From: the human T2T-CHM13v2.0 reference genome, Homo sapiens
DNA length: 64,000 nucleotides
Assembly: GCF_009914755.1 (NCBI RefSeq)
Contig: NC_060945.1
Strand: one strand, 5' to 3'
Below the pieces are notes generated by a model. That model saw only the letters and a program-made list of their open reading frames with translations, did no database searches and was not told the origin of the DNA. Shown one piece after another: positions 12,235 through 27,316 of this stretch (its first letter is position 1; every line of letters starts with the position of its first letter). A program made the translations under genes and the position numbers.

Positions 12235-12910
<676 letters not shown>

Positions 12911-14282
12911 CAGCCCTCCACTGTCAGGTGCCTGGCACTGTACAGACGTGGGAATCCAGGCAGGATTCTCTGCCTGAACCTCTCTCATGAAGACGAGGGA
13001 ACACACAGCAGGCAAATCCCAGGGACAAGCCAGGTCGTGACTTTGTGCCCCTAGTGAAAGAAGGAGCCGATCATTTCATTCATTGTGAGGTGGTCTATGT
13101 GCAAACAACATGTGAGCACCATGATTGGCAGTGCTTTAAGACTTCTATAAATTAATATTCAAAATTGAAAATAATAATCAGATTAGATTATTTTGGATTT
13201 GGACTTTTTGAATTCATTTCTCTAGCATTTTCATTTCACATATTTTTTAAACTTTTAATATTGAGAGAAGTATGAGCCAATTATCTTTTTCAGGCAATCA
13301 CAGTATTGGTGTCGTGTCTCAGCAGGCTGGGGGTTGGGGCCCTGGATTCAAAGCATCCATCTGAACATATTGTCACCCGTGCATCCTGAGAGAGACAGCT
13401 TCATGGAGTGGAGGTGTGTGGCCTGGAGGCCCCACGTAGGCCACCAGGCATGTTTTCCACGAAAACCGAAACTTCTGACGGGATTACTAACATTGGGAGA
13501 TTTCCGTTTCTTGGACGCCAGTGGAGGGGCTGCACCAGCCTTAAAAGAAATCATGTGAGCCTCCACGAATCAGCAAACAAAGGAGAAATTAAGGTTCTGC
13601 CCACTTTTGTGGTTTTTGCTTTTCTGGAAAGTTTACGTTGTGCATCCTTAAGTCATTACGTAACACTGTATTAATAAGCAGTTGACTCAGAACTCCAGAG
13701 GGCTTCTGAGCTGGTGAAGTCCATTCATGTTACTAAGTCTATTCTTCCTCCCAGAATAAAATCTTCCATCTTCTCTGAGTTAGGCCTTCCTCATCAGAAC
13801 CATTTCTTTTCTCATTCAGCTCTCTGAGGTTTTCTACTTATCATCCAACTGTAGTATCCACTGATAAATTACACGGATTCACAATCCAGCCACTTACTTT
13901 GTTTCCTCCTAACATTTGGAATAAGCTACTTCCTGCACCAGAGCCTCTGTCTGTCATGCCTTTACCGGATCTTATTTTGGGGGGCTGACCAGTTGCCTAA
14001 ACCCACATGCACCCTCTCACCTGGGTTCTCAAGAACTTCTATTTTGGACATCCACCAAAAAAAAAAAAAAAAATCTTGTTAAGTAAGATGAACACTTACC
14101 TGATGGCAGAAGCCTGTTGTGCTCATCAAAACTTTGAGATAACCAGGGTTCCTGGAATCTAAATCTTCCTATATAAAATAGCAGAGTAGCTGATCAAATA
14201 AGAGTCAGACAAGTAAGGGTCAACTTTGGAGTCAATAAATGGGGCTGGACCCAGTCATTCACCTACATTCAAACAGCAAATA

Positions 14283-14657
<375 letters not shown>

Positions 14658-15102
14658 TTAAAATTTCATGTACCTAAAAAGTGAATTGATCACAAGAGAT
14701 TGTATCCAAGGAAAGCCCCTCTCCCAGGAATGTTAAGGGGAGAAATAAATTTGAGCGTAGAGCTGCGGGCTCCTGGGGAAGGAAGTGCTCAGTAAGTATA
14801 GCACAAGGCAGCATGACACTAATATGAGGCTGAGGTGACTCTGTAACCACTGGCTGACTACAGTATCAACATCCATACAAAGACAGTAGCAGATTAAAGG
14901 AGGACACACATGGCCTGCCCTCAAGCTCATTCACAGCCCACCAAATCAACTCTTTGTTCAGCTTCTTGACTTTTCACAGTCTGCTGGCTTCAAGATGTTT
15001 TCCCTGGCCTTCTTCTAATGCCTCTTCCCTAATCCCAGGTAAAATTACTGAGGGGGGTTACTCATTCGATATATATGTAAGTTATTTGAGAAAGTTTATT
15101 AA

Positions 15103-15390
15103 GGCACAGTGGCTCACGCCTGTAATCCCAGCACTTTGGGAGGCCAAGGTGGGTGAATCACAAGGTCAGGAGTTCAAGACCAGCCTGGCCAAGATGGTGA
15201 AACACCGTCTCTACTAAAAATACAAAAATTAGCAGGGCATGGTGGTGAGCGCCTGTAATTCCAGCTACTTGGGAGGCTGAGCAGAGAATTTCTTCAACCT
15301 GGGAGGTGGAGGTTGCAGCGAGCCAAGATCGTGCCACTGCACTCCAGCCTGGGTGACTGAGCGAGACTCCATCTCAAAAAAAAAAAAAAA
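15103..15390 (+). mobile_element. AluS (Sg-like)
   Basis: Both arms and poly-A tail. Confidence 0.93.
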
Positions 15391-15454
15391 TGCTATCCAC
15401 AAAGTTGGATAAGTACAGAAACATTGTCCCAGGAAATGAAGCCAGTGATTAGGG

Positions 15455-16261
15455 CAGGGGTTGGCAAGTGTTTTCTGTAAGAACCACATAGTAAATATTT
15501 TCGGCTTTTACTGGCCCATTTGGTCTTTGTTGCAACTGCTCAACTCTGCCATCAAAATGCAGGCAACAGCCGTGGATAATATGTAGTGAATGGGCATGAG
15601 CATTGTCTTAGTTAATTTTCTGTTGCTTAAAACAGAATGCCTAAAACTGGGTCATTTATAAAGAAAAGGAATTTATTTCTTACAGTTATGGAGGCTGAGA
15701 AGTCTCAGGTCAAGAGGCCACATCTGGTGAAGATCCTCTTGCTAGCCAGGACTCTCTACAGAGTCCTGTGGTGGTTGGTGCAGGGCAACCTGTGGTGAGA
15801 GGACTCAAGTCTCACTTCCTCTTGCTACAAAGCCGCCAGTTTCCCTGCCACTGTCTCCCTTCCTCTTCTTACAAAACTGCCAGTTTCCTTGCGATGATAA
15901 ACCACCAATCCATTAATGCATTAATCCATTAATCCATGAATAGATTAATCCATTCATGAGGGCAGAGTTCCCATGCCCCAATCACTTCTTAAAGGCCCTA
16001 TCTCTTAATATAGTGACGTTAGAGACTAAGTTTCAACATGAGTTTTGGAGAGGACATTCAAACCATAGAAGTGTGTTCTAATGAAACCACGTTTATGGAT
16101 GCTAAAATGTAAACATATAATTTTCATGTTCCACAAAATATTGTTCTTCTTCTGATGTTTTCCCACACTATTAAAATATAATACTATGACTAGCTTGTGA
16201 GCCACATGAAAAGAGGCAGCAGGCTAGATTCGGGCTTTGGGCTGCAGTTCGCTGGCATCTG
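15455..16261. mobile_element. MER58(B-like) hAT-Charlie element split by an MST LTR
   Basis: 5' part caggggttggcaagtgttttctgtaa...gaatgggcatg; 3' part gtgttctaatgaaac...gggctgcagttcgctggcatctg. Confidence 0.8.
15604..16070 (-). mobile_element. MST-family MaLR solo LTR nested in MER58
   Basis: tgtcttagtt...ctgggtcatttataaagaaaagg...caacatgagttttggagaggacattcaaaccatag. Confidence 0.85.
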
Positions 16262-17099
16262 CTCTAGGGCCACTCTCTCAGTAACAAAAACGTGCATTCG
16301 CCTCTAATAACACGCATGTACATGTGACACTACTCAAACAGTGAGCAAGCTGAGACTGAAAAACGTATCAGTTGACACTCCAGAATGTTCTTGCTGAAAT
16401 CCTTCAGTGGATCATCTCATAAAGTCCTGGGAATGCACGCTGAGGCATCCAACCTAGAAAATGAGATGAGAAACTCCTGTAAGATTTGAGTGTTCTGTTA
16501 GCCCACCATCTCCAGAGATTAAATAAATAATAATAACTATGGTGCATTCAACATCTCAATCTGAGATGTTTTAGTAAAATGAAGGCATGCTCGCATGTAT
16601 TCACAAAGCCTAGAGGTGAGAAATAGAAAAGATCTCAGTATTTCAAATCTGAGTAGCGCTGTGCTTGTATCATTCAGCTCAAAATCTGCAGAAGCACTTA
16701 GACCAGTTAAAACTGTGCAATGCGGTCAAGCGTTCAAATATTTTATCTCGATCAAGAAGGAGGATGTGGGATGATGTGGGATGCCCTGCATCTTCCCCTC
16801 CCTTTTTTCCTGGAGGGTTTGAAGCCATCCCAATTCATTTTTTTCCAAAGTCTGACAATAACTCAGTGGGTCATCCCAGCCTTGGAACGAGCCATTCCTG
16901 GATGCCATGGAAATTGTCTATGGGGGATGCCTCCCCAGCTATCTTCTGCAGCCTACATCTGGACCAGTCAATAATCCGAACCCTCAGCTTTCTGGATGTG
17001 AATCTTTCCCCAGACTAGCTGAGAACTAGGGGTTACTCAAGAATGCACTAAACAATTCTTCCCCCACTACCCTGTACCTCCACAATCAAAAGTGTTAGG

Positions 17100-17421
<322 letters not shown>

Positions 17422-17841
17422 TTAGGAATAAAGCCTGTCAAATCATCATTACTGCTCCTAAGCATCTCTGGGTGCTTCTGAAATTGCTGTTAGGCTATTT
17501 GCAAGACACTGAACATTCCAGAAAGTGTGCTAGAGCATTGAGAATTTCCCTCAGGGACTGTAGCTGCAGACCTTGCTCTCACATGCAAGGTGACCACGTG
17601 GCCTGCATGTTCCAGGACAGTGCCTGCTGCAAACAGTCTACCCCTTTACCTTTTACATAACTGTACTCACCGATCAGGAAAACAGACCTTGGTCAGACAG
17701 AAGCGATGGTCATAATCTCTCTGCAGATGGACTTCTAACTACATTTCTTCAAATTGCAACAAATGTAAATACAATCAGTCATACACACTCTATGCTACCA
17801 CCTTCTCCCATTTTAGGGTGTTGAAAGCCCAAATTAATCAC

Positions 17842-18144
<303 letters not shown>

Positions 18145-18799
18145 TCACATGTGAAAACTTCTGGAGAGTCCAAAGACAAACACCATAGCTCATGGGCCAT
18201 TAAGACAATCTGTACAAACACTCAATGAACCAATATGAAGACAGAAATCCTGGTGAATTGTATATGTATTCCAGAAGATTAAAATCAGGAAGGCAAAGGA
18301 AAATGGAGAGCTGGCACTTGGCACCCATGAAAGACCCACTTTCCCTGCCCTACCAGGTGGCATTTCTCCTTCCCACCCTCAGGATCAGCCTGGCATCAGC
18401 GATTATCTCAGCCCACTGAGGCCTGGATGCTGCTGGCTGATTTTTGTCTCTGCAGTCAGGAGCCAACCACAGGCCTCCTGAACCTCCAGCACCCTGGCTC
18501 ACCCAGGACAACAACACAGATCAACTCCGAAATAAATTCCTCTCTGTTGTCCTGCAATGTGCTAATTGCCCATAATGAGCACATCATAATAATTAAGGAT
18601 GACTACGCCAAACCTTTGACTGAGGTAGCAATCCTTCACCCACAAATGGCAAGGCCTTTCCTAAATCTTAATTAAAGAGCACACCAGCCACCTGAGCTGA
18701 GGCAGAGTTCTCCCACTTTCGAGATGGGGAAAATGGAGGCTCAGGGTGGCAGGTTTCTTATTCTATTCCATAAGGCACACTTGTACATTTTAATTGGTT

Positions 18800-19145
18800 T
18801 AAATTAAGTGCTATACATAACCTATAAGGAGGTTGTTAAATAAATTGCTTAGCCGTTGCAAAGAATGATAGGTAGTTGTAAAAATTCATGTTTTGAAGAC
18901 ATGGGAAAATGCTTGTTATGGAATTTTAAGAGAAATTAAGAAAGATAAGTGTTGTATTTGTAGGACGGTCTTGGTCGAGTGTGAAAATACCCGTGCTGGT
19001 GTGTGTTTGTGTGTATCAAGAGTAGATCATAATGTTAACACGGGTTCGCAGTTTCTTGGGTGATTCAAGATGAATTTTCATGTTTTCTATACTTTTTTGT
19101 CATTTCCAGATTTTCTACAACAAACATTTAATCTTTTATAATAAG
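18800..19145 (+). mobile_element. Old L1ME-like 3' fragment
   Basis: catgggaaaatgctt...ttttctatacttttttgtcatttccagattttctacaa, typical of an L1ME 3' end. Confidence 0.5.
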
Positions 19146-22100
19146 AAAAAGATACATGTTTTAAAGATTTTTAAAGGTATTTTACTTTTTTTAAAAAAAG
19201 ATATTTTAAAAGACTTTCCTATTCTGTTTTAAATCAGGCTCCTTGGCCCTCCCTTATTAACTCTTTAAATGCATGCAGGACATTTGCTCGGCAGCCTTCT
19301 TCTCCTGGGTCACCTGTACTTGGGTTTGTGGTGAATTGTCAAGCATGTCATCGGGGTGGGACTCCTGCTTCAGGGGATGCCTCCCTGGAATTCACTCAGA
19401 GCGGTTGGGAATATCCAGCAAAGTCTGGGGATGCAATGTGTGGCCAAATCCCAGGTCTCCATCCAGAAGCCCCTGTGGCCCCTGCTCAGAGTCCATGGAG
19501 TGACCTTTGTGGCCACAGCTTTCCAGGAAACGGACGTGTGTGCCGGGCACCTCCTTCTCAGCCCACCCAGCTGTCTGGTGGTCAGCGAGAGGAGAAAAGG
19601 CAGCCCCAACATCAAAGACATAGCAACTGCCTGGTGACTTCCTCCCCGGCCAGCTGGAGGTGTCAGCTCGAGGCCGGACTCTGTTTCCTGCTGCCAGGGC
19701 AGCTGCTTCCCTCTTCCCTTCAACTCAGAGGTGAAAGGTTCGCACCATCTGCAAACGCCACCCTCCAGCATTTGACTCCCACACCCTAAACAAAACAGCA
19801 ACCAGACATCATGAGCCCAAACTGAAACCCACCCCCCACCCCAAGGATGGGCAATGTGGAGAGACCTTTGCCCACCAACAACATTTTCCCACTACACCCC
19901 AAAAGGAAGAAGCCATCCTCCCTTAAACGCCTTCCGATCTGACCCTGGATGCTCAGGCCGCTTGGCTGTTCCCGGGTGCAGGGTCAGGGACCCTGGGAGG
20001 CTCCGAGTTGCTCAATGCCTCTGAGCACAGGCTGACTCTCTTCACAGCAATCTGGGGAATTTGGGCTGTTCTGGGGTGGAGCTGGGGACAACGGTGTGTG
20101 TCGGGCAACAGCAGCGGCCTCGACTTGTTCTGGCTTTTGGCTCTGCAGGGAAATCCAGGCAGATTGGGACTGAGGAAGGCTGGGTGGGTGGGCAGGGCTG
20201 GTGGACATGGGGAGCAAGGTGGTGGGCCACCCCGTTGACAGACCTCTCCGGGAGAGAAGCCTGTTGGAGCTGGGCCTGGGCGCAAAGGGGGAGAGAGGGT
20301 GAGGCGCTCTGGGAGGGAGCCCTGAACACAAGCTGCGGGAGGGGGGAAGGGAGGAGGAAAGGGGACGGGCCTGGGTCCCCCTGTGGAGGGCTGAGCTGGG
20401 GACAGGCACAGAGCAGAAAGGAAGCCATCTACCCTTTAAAATGCCTTCAAAAAAATAATCCCAGGACTCCCTTGTACCTTCCAACTTGCCTGTCGGCATC
20501 TATTCAGTGTTTTTCGTGTGGCACTCAAAGAAGAGAAACACAGTCTGTGCCACGGCGGGCTGGCCAGCTGCGGGGAACCCTCCCATTTGGAGGGAAAATG
20601 AAGACTGCAGGATGCTGGAGAGAAACGTGGGGGCCTCCTGGCCAGCCCTCTTTTCCCCGGCTCCAGAAAGCACTATGAGAATTCCTCGAGCCCTCTCATG
20701 TTTATAGCTTCTGACCCACACCTGGCTGGTCTTCCAGGTGGGTCCAGTTCTTTCCTCTCTCCTAGCACCCACCCAGCCCCCAACACGCATCCCCAGGATC
20801 CCCCAATACCACGCCTCCAACTCCGCCTCTGGCGCCCTTAGGTTCCATGCGAGGGTTCCTCCGGCATGCGCCATGGAAGCTGTGGCTCAGGAAAGCCTCA
20901 TTCACATGCTTGGCAACCGCACACTGGAAAGCAGCCAGCAGCCCCAGGAGCCACACTTCACCTGATCCATCCACAAAATGGGCTGAACGGACCCAAGGCG
21001 AGAGAGCCAGGTCCAGCCGCCCAGCTGGCCAGACCTGTGCACTCGCTAGGGCACGATGTCAGTCATAGCCTCGACTGTTGTTAATCCCACAGACAGGTGG
21101 CTTTTGGTCCCAAATTTGTGACAGGCACGAATCACGGAGCTGGGAATCCGGAAGACTTGGATTCCCACCTCGCTTCTGGCTCCCGATGCTGTGGAACTAT
21201 AATTCAGCCTCCACTTCCTCATTTATCAGAAGTTGTTGATGAGATGCCTTGGAAATTCTTGCCAACTGTAAAATCAAAGAGATGGCAAGGACAAACCACG
21301 TGCCTTCAGAAAGTGCTTCCCCAGGCACCTGCATGCTCACTCTCTTACCCATGTCTCCACCCCTAATCCCTCCAATGCCCCAGGAGGGGGCTGGGTGAGT
21401 GTTGGGTGGCAGTGAGACCCAGTCACCCAGCTGGTGAGCAGGTGAGCCAAGACCACACCCAGGGCCGCCGTCCTACCTCCCAGTCAATCATGCATATGGG
21501 AGATAGATAAAGCCCTAAATGCTCATTTGGAGCTGCTTGAGAAGAGAATATAATTCATGGGCCAAAGATACAGAAATGTCTTTCCCAGTGGGAGGCAAGC
21601 CGGTGGCACCTGCTCTCCAGGGCCTAACACCCTCATTTCCGCCTCTCCGGTACCTGATGCTATCAGAGGATTGACTCCCTCTAAAGGCCAACCTGAGACC
21701 TTCACTCAGCTCAAAATGTGGTTCAGGGAGAGAAACTAACAAAAGGGAATGGGAGTGGGGGGAAGAAAAATCATCTTTTTCTGCCACCAAAGAACAGCTG
21801 CAAACATAGAGAACGTGAAGTAGCCGGGAAGTCGTCGTGGCTGGTGTGAATTCAGTCCCAGGGGAATCGGCCGCACTGAAGTGCTGAGCGAACGCTGCCC
21901 AGAGAAAGGCAAGCCCAGCGAAAAGGCAGGCCCCTCCCAAGGTCAAGGCTTCCTCGATTCGGAGGCAGCCTTCCATCGCAAACTGCACCCCCGCCCACAG
22001 TGTCAGGCTGCAGCGTCAGGAACAAAACCAGCAGCCCAGAGTTGATGAGGCGCAGGCGGTGCCCAGGCCCATGGGAGGGTTAATTAAGGCCGCCCTGAGC

Positions 22101-22454
22101 TGCATACCTGAGTCTCAACACTTGGGCTGAACTGCAGACCTGAGTGCCGAGGACATGGGGCCAAAAGCCGAGAAGGAATGTGAGGCTGCCCACGCGGCCA
22201 TCTTGGCCGGCAGCCACGGCTGACCTGGAGGGGTGAAGGCCTGGGATGCCATTCCTCCACAGAAGACTGCATTAGCCAGGGCTGGAGGAACGCCAAGGCC
22301 ATGACCCACAGAAGCCCATGAGAGGCTGAGGCCCAGCCCGGCCCATCTTCTCAAGCCTGGCTTGACCCCCACCTGTGACATCCTGCTTGGTCCCGGAATC
22401 AGTGTGATGTGATCAGGAAAGGCGAATTTCTGCTGTGTATTTGACAGAATATCA

Positions 22455-23045
22455 ACTCAGAGTCCCTGGGGCTGCCACAACAAAGTAACACAAACCAGGA
22501 GGCTTAAAACAACGGAAATGTATTGTCTCACCTTTCTGGAGGCAAGAAGTCCAAAATCAAGGCTGCTGTCCCTCTGAGACTCCAGACAGAGCCCCCCTTG
22601 CCTCCTCTAGCTTCCGATGGTGACCATCAACCCTTGGCACTCCTCAGCTGGCAGCTGCATCGCTCCACTCGCTGCCTCCATCGTCACACTCCATGTGTGT
22701 CTATGTCTCCAAATCACATTTTCCTCTACCTATAAGGACCAGCCATATTACAATGGGATCCCACCCTAATAACCTCCTCTTTACTTGATCACAACCACAA
22801 AGACCCTATCTCAGCATCACTCCAATCTCTGCCTTCATTGTCACAATCCATGTGTGTCTGTGTCTCCACGTCACATTTTCCTCTACTTACAAGAACAAGC
22901 CATATTAGATTGGGATGCACCCTAATGACCACCTCAACCTGCTTACATCTGCAAAGACCCTATCTCCAAATAAGTGCTCGTTTCCAAACACCAGGGGTTG
23001 GAACTTAAACACATCTTTTTGAGGGACACAATTTGACCCACAACA
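22455..23045 (-). mobile_element. MLT1 solo LTR with an internal tandem duplication
   Basis: gggctgccacaacaaagtaacacaaacc...ttttgagggacacaatttgacccacaaca. Confidence 0.85.
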
Positions 23046-23461
23046 GAATCCTAACACTTGGGCTGAAAAGAAAGAAAAACGTCACAGCTCAAAAATCTTT
23101 ATAAAATAAGCATTATTGTTTAAAAATATAGAGAAATAGCCTGAAGATACATCATCTGGAGCTTTCATTTGTTGGACTATTATGCAGTCACTGAAAACTA
23201 TTATTCAGAGACAATGGGATGAGGTGACAATATATTTCTAACAATCTTAAGTGATACCTATGGTGGTGATGATGTGAAAACGTCACATGAATAATGAGGC
23301 CAGGGTGGGGAGATGAAACTGCTGTGGGGGAGTTGGGAGATTATGGACAATTTTTCTCATTATATTTTTTATCTTAAACTTCTTTGTATTTAATATTTAT
23401 TTATATATTTATTTTTAAATTAATATTAATTAAGTGTATATTTGTATTTAAATATTTTTAA

Positions 23462-23873
<412 letters not shown>

Positions 23874-23956
23874 TAGTTTTCTAAGTGCACATTAGGCGAA
23901 ACATACATCCCTTCCACCTCTGAGGGCAGCTGGGGTACTGACACAGCTGAAATGAA

Positions 23957-24384
23957 TGTGTTAGGCCATTTTTGCATTGCCATAAAGAAATATCTGAGGC
24001 TGGATAACTTTAAAAAAAAAAAAAAAAAGAGGTTTATTTAGCTCACAGTTCTGCAGGCTGTACAGGAAGTGTGATGCCAGCATCTGCTCAGCTTCTGGGG
24101 AGGCCTCTGGGAGCTCTCACTCATGGTGGAAAGCAAGGGGGTGGGGTACACACATCACACTCGAGAGCAGGAGCATGAGAGAAAACGGGAGGTCCCAGAC
24201 ACTTTTGAACAACCAGATCTCACGTGAAATGAGTGAGAACTCGCTCATCACCAAGGGAATGGTGCTAAGTCATTCATGAGGATCCACCGCCATGACCCAA
24301 CACCTCCCACCAGGCCCCACCTCCAACATCTGGGATCGAATTTCAGCATGAGATTTGGAAGGGGCGAACATCCAAACAGTAGCA
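23957..24384 (-). mobile_element. MSTB-like MaLR solo LTR
   Basis: tgtgttaggccatt...ttctgcaggctgtacaggaag...catgagatttggaagggg...catccaaacagtagca. Confidence 0.88.
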
Positions 24385-24999
24385 ATGTCCTAAGGATGCA
24401 ACCCCCCCACCCCCCGGAGAACTCTACGGCATTCTAATGAAACGGTTCGCCCTTCATGTTATTACAGAGCAAGGCTGCATTTCCATCATTGTCCTTTTAA
24501 ATGCTTAAGTGAGCCCAGTTACCAATCAATACTACTGACAACAGGAAGAGGAAAAGAAGGAAGAATCAGCGATACAAAGAGCACAAAGTCAAAATGAGTC
24601 CAACCACTGGACATGGGTGTCACTGGCAGAAACTTCCAGAAGCTTGGTTCAACATTACCTGCCACAGGCTCAACCTTAAGGCTTTGAGCTGATACAAGAA
24701 CTCCAAGAATTGTTTCCTGGCACAATTTCACTCATTTGCCAAGTTCTACAGCGTGGGAACCTGCAAAGCCTCCCCATCTCATCACCACTACGTGACCCAT
24801 TCGTTCCACACTGGCCTACGGGGCGTCCATCCAGGGAGGCGTGTAGCTGTGGCCAGGATGCAGCAGAGGACATCTCGGAGTCCCTGCCCTCATGGGCTCC
24901 TGGGACTGTGAAGGGGACAGTCAACAAACAGAAGAGTGCTGGGAGTGTCAAGAGGTGATGATCGCCCAGAGGAAAAGACAAGGTGAGAGGGGAGCCCAG

Positions 25000-25740
25000 C
25001 CCAGGGTCGAGTTCTCGGGGGCGGGACGTTTGCACAAAGATGCTGTGAAGTGTGGGGGGAGCAAGCATTCCTGTACTCAGGGGACAGAATGTCTCATCCA
25101 AAAAGGACCAGCAGGTGCTTCCAGGAACATCAAGAAGCAGGTGTGTCTGGGGCAGAGCAAGTGAGCAAGAGACAGGAGGAAAGAGGCCAGAGGGAGGCTG
25201 GGGCCAGAACAGTCAGGGCCTGGAAGCAAAGGTCCAGACTCCAGATTTTATTCTTCGTGAGAAGGGGGCCGCTGCAGGGCTTTGAGAAGGCAGTGTCACT
25301 TTTTTTTTTTTTTAAATAGAGTCTTGCTCTGTCACCCAGGCTGGAGTGCAGTGGCATGATCTCAGCTCACTGCAACCTCTGACTCCTGGGTTCAAGTGAT
25401 TCCCCTGCGTCAGACTCCCAAGTAGCTAGGACCACAGCTACATGCCACCACGCCCAGCTTATTTTTGTATTTTTAGAGACGGGGTTTCACTATGTTGGCC
25501 AGGCTGGTTTCAAACTCCTGACTTCAGGTGATCCTCCAGCCTTGGCTTCCCAAAGGGCTGGGATTACATGTGTGAGCAACCGAAACCAACCAGCAGTGTC
25601 ACCTTTAAAGGGATATCTCTGGATGCTGTGTAGAGAACAGCTGGGGTATGGTACCCAGAGTGAGGAAGGGGCCAGGGCAATAGCTGTGGGGTTGCTGAGA
25701 GGGGGCAGACTCTGGACAATTGTTGAGGGATTTGCACAGA
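25000..25740 (-). mobile_element. L2 fragment interrupted by an Alu
   Basis: ccagattttattct...gcagggctttgagaagg | tttaaagggatatctctggatgctgtgtagagaacag. Confidence 0.6.
25300..25591 (-). mobile_element. AluS
   Basis: Full length; TSD gcagtgtcac. Confidence 0.93.
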
Positions 25741-25902
25741 GCATGCCAGGATTCAACAAGCCCAGCATGTCCACCTTTGGAGCCAGGACCCCAGGGGAGC
25801 CACAGCAGGGCCAGAGCAGAGGAGAGAGAAGACACACTGGGATCCATCAGCACCTCTGCCTCCATCCATTGATTTTCTGAGACTCACACTAGTTCCTCTT
25901 GA

Positions 25903-26094
25903 GGGGTTGTTATGTAAAATACAGGATGCCCCACTAAATTTGAATTGCAGATCAACAGTGGATAATTTTTTAGGCATAAGTATTTCCCATGCAATACATG
26001 GGATATGGTTACACTGAAAATTTGCTATGATTGATCTGCATTCAACTTTAAATAGAAGTTCTGTTATTTTGTTTGTTAAATGGGCCAAGTTCTA
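25903..26094. mobile_element. MER53 palindromic MITE
   Basis: taaaatacaggatgcccactaaatttgaattgcagat...gcataagtatttcccatgcaatacatgggat. Confidence 0.8.
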
Positions 26095-26189
26095 TCAGAA
26101 CTCCCCAAAAAAGGAGACTCTGGAAAATGTATTCCCAGCTTGACCAAGACAGAGCTCCTGTCCCCAGGAACTGACAAAAACAACCACTA

Positions 26190-26560
26190 CCAACACTGAG
26201 TGCTTACCATGCACCCAGCACTGTGCCCACATGTTCAGCACTTCATCTAATTCCACAGCCCAGAGGATTACATTTTATTACTACTGGTTTGCAGATGAGA
26301 AAACTGAGGTTCACAAAGATACGCCAACTTACCAAAATTACACAGGTGGGCATAATAATAGCTAACACTTACACAGCACATGTAAGCTCAGGCATGGATC
26401 TAAATGGATCTCACTTAATCCTTTTTCACAGCTCTATGAGACAGGAACTGTTATTGAACCCATTTTACAGATAAGGAAACTAAATCGTATTGGTGTTAAG
26501 TGGCCCAGTCAGGATTTGAACCCAGGCAGTGTGGCTGCAGAATCTGTGCTCTTACCTAGC
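26190..26560 (-). mobile_element. Two adjacent MIR fragments
   Basis: cagatgagaaaactgagg; cattttacagataaggaaac; ggatttgaacccaggcagt. Confidence 0.75.
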
Positions 26561-26887
26561 ATCTTAAACTACCACTGAACCACTTCTGAGGCCACCTCCC
26601 CACTCTTAATGAAACAACATTAATGCACAAGAAACACTCAGAGAGTCCTAGTGGCAGGAATGGGGCAAACTGACAACAGAGGAGATGGAAATCATTGAGG
26701 ATTGGGGGAACCTAGGGAGGGTTCATGGAGGAGGAGGCAGACAAGTAGGATATCTGAACAGTTGGAAGATGTGGCAAAAGGGAGGCTGACTAAACACCCA
26801 TGTTAGGAACTATAAATACATGAAGTAAATATCACTGATTACTGAGTTCTTCATATAAGCCAGGTGCTGTACTAAGCTTAGAATTTA

Positions 26888-27316
<429 letters not shown>

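Noticed and set aside
15907-15960. Repeated aatccatt motifs
   Set aside because: As I recall, this is a normal feature of MST-family LTR consensus sequences.
19328-21084. Many overlapping 100-205-aa ORFs on both strands
   Set aside because: These are expected in GC-rich DNA; no frame stands out and none resembles a protein I recognise.
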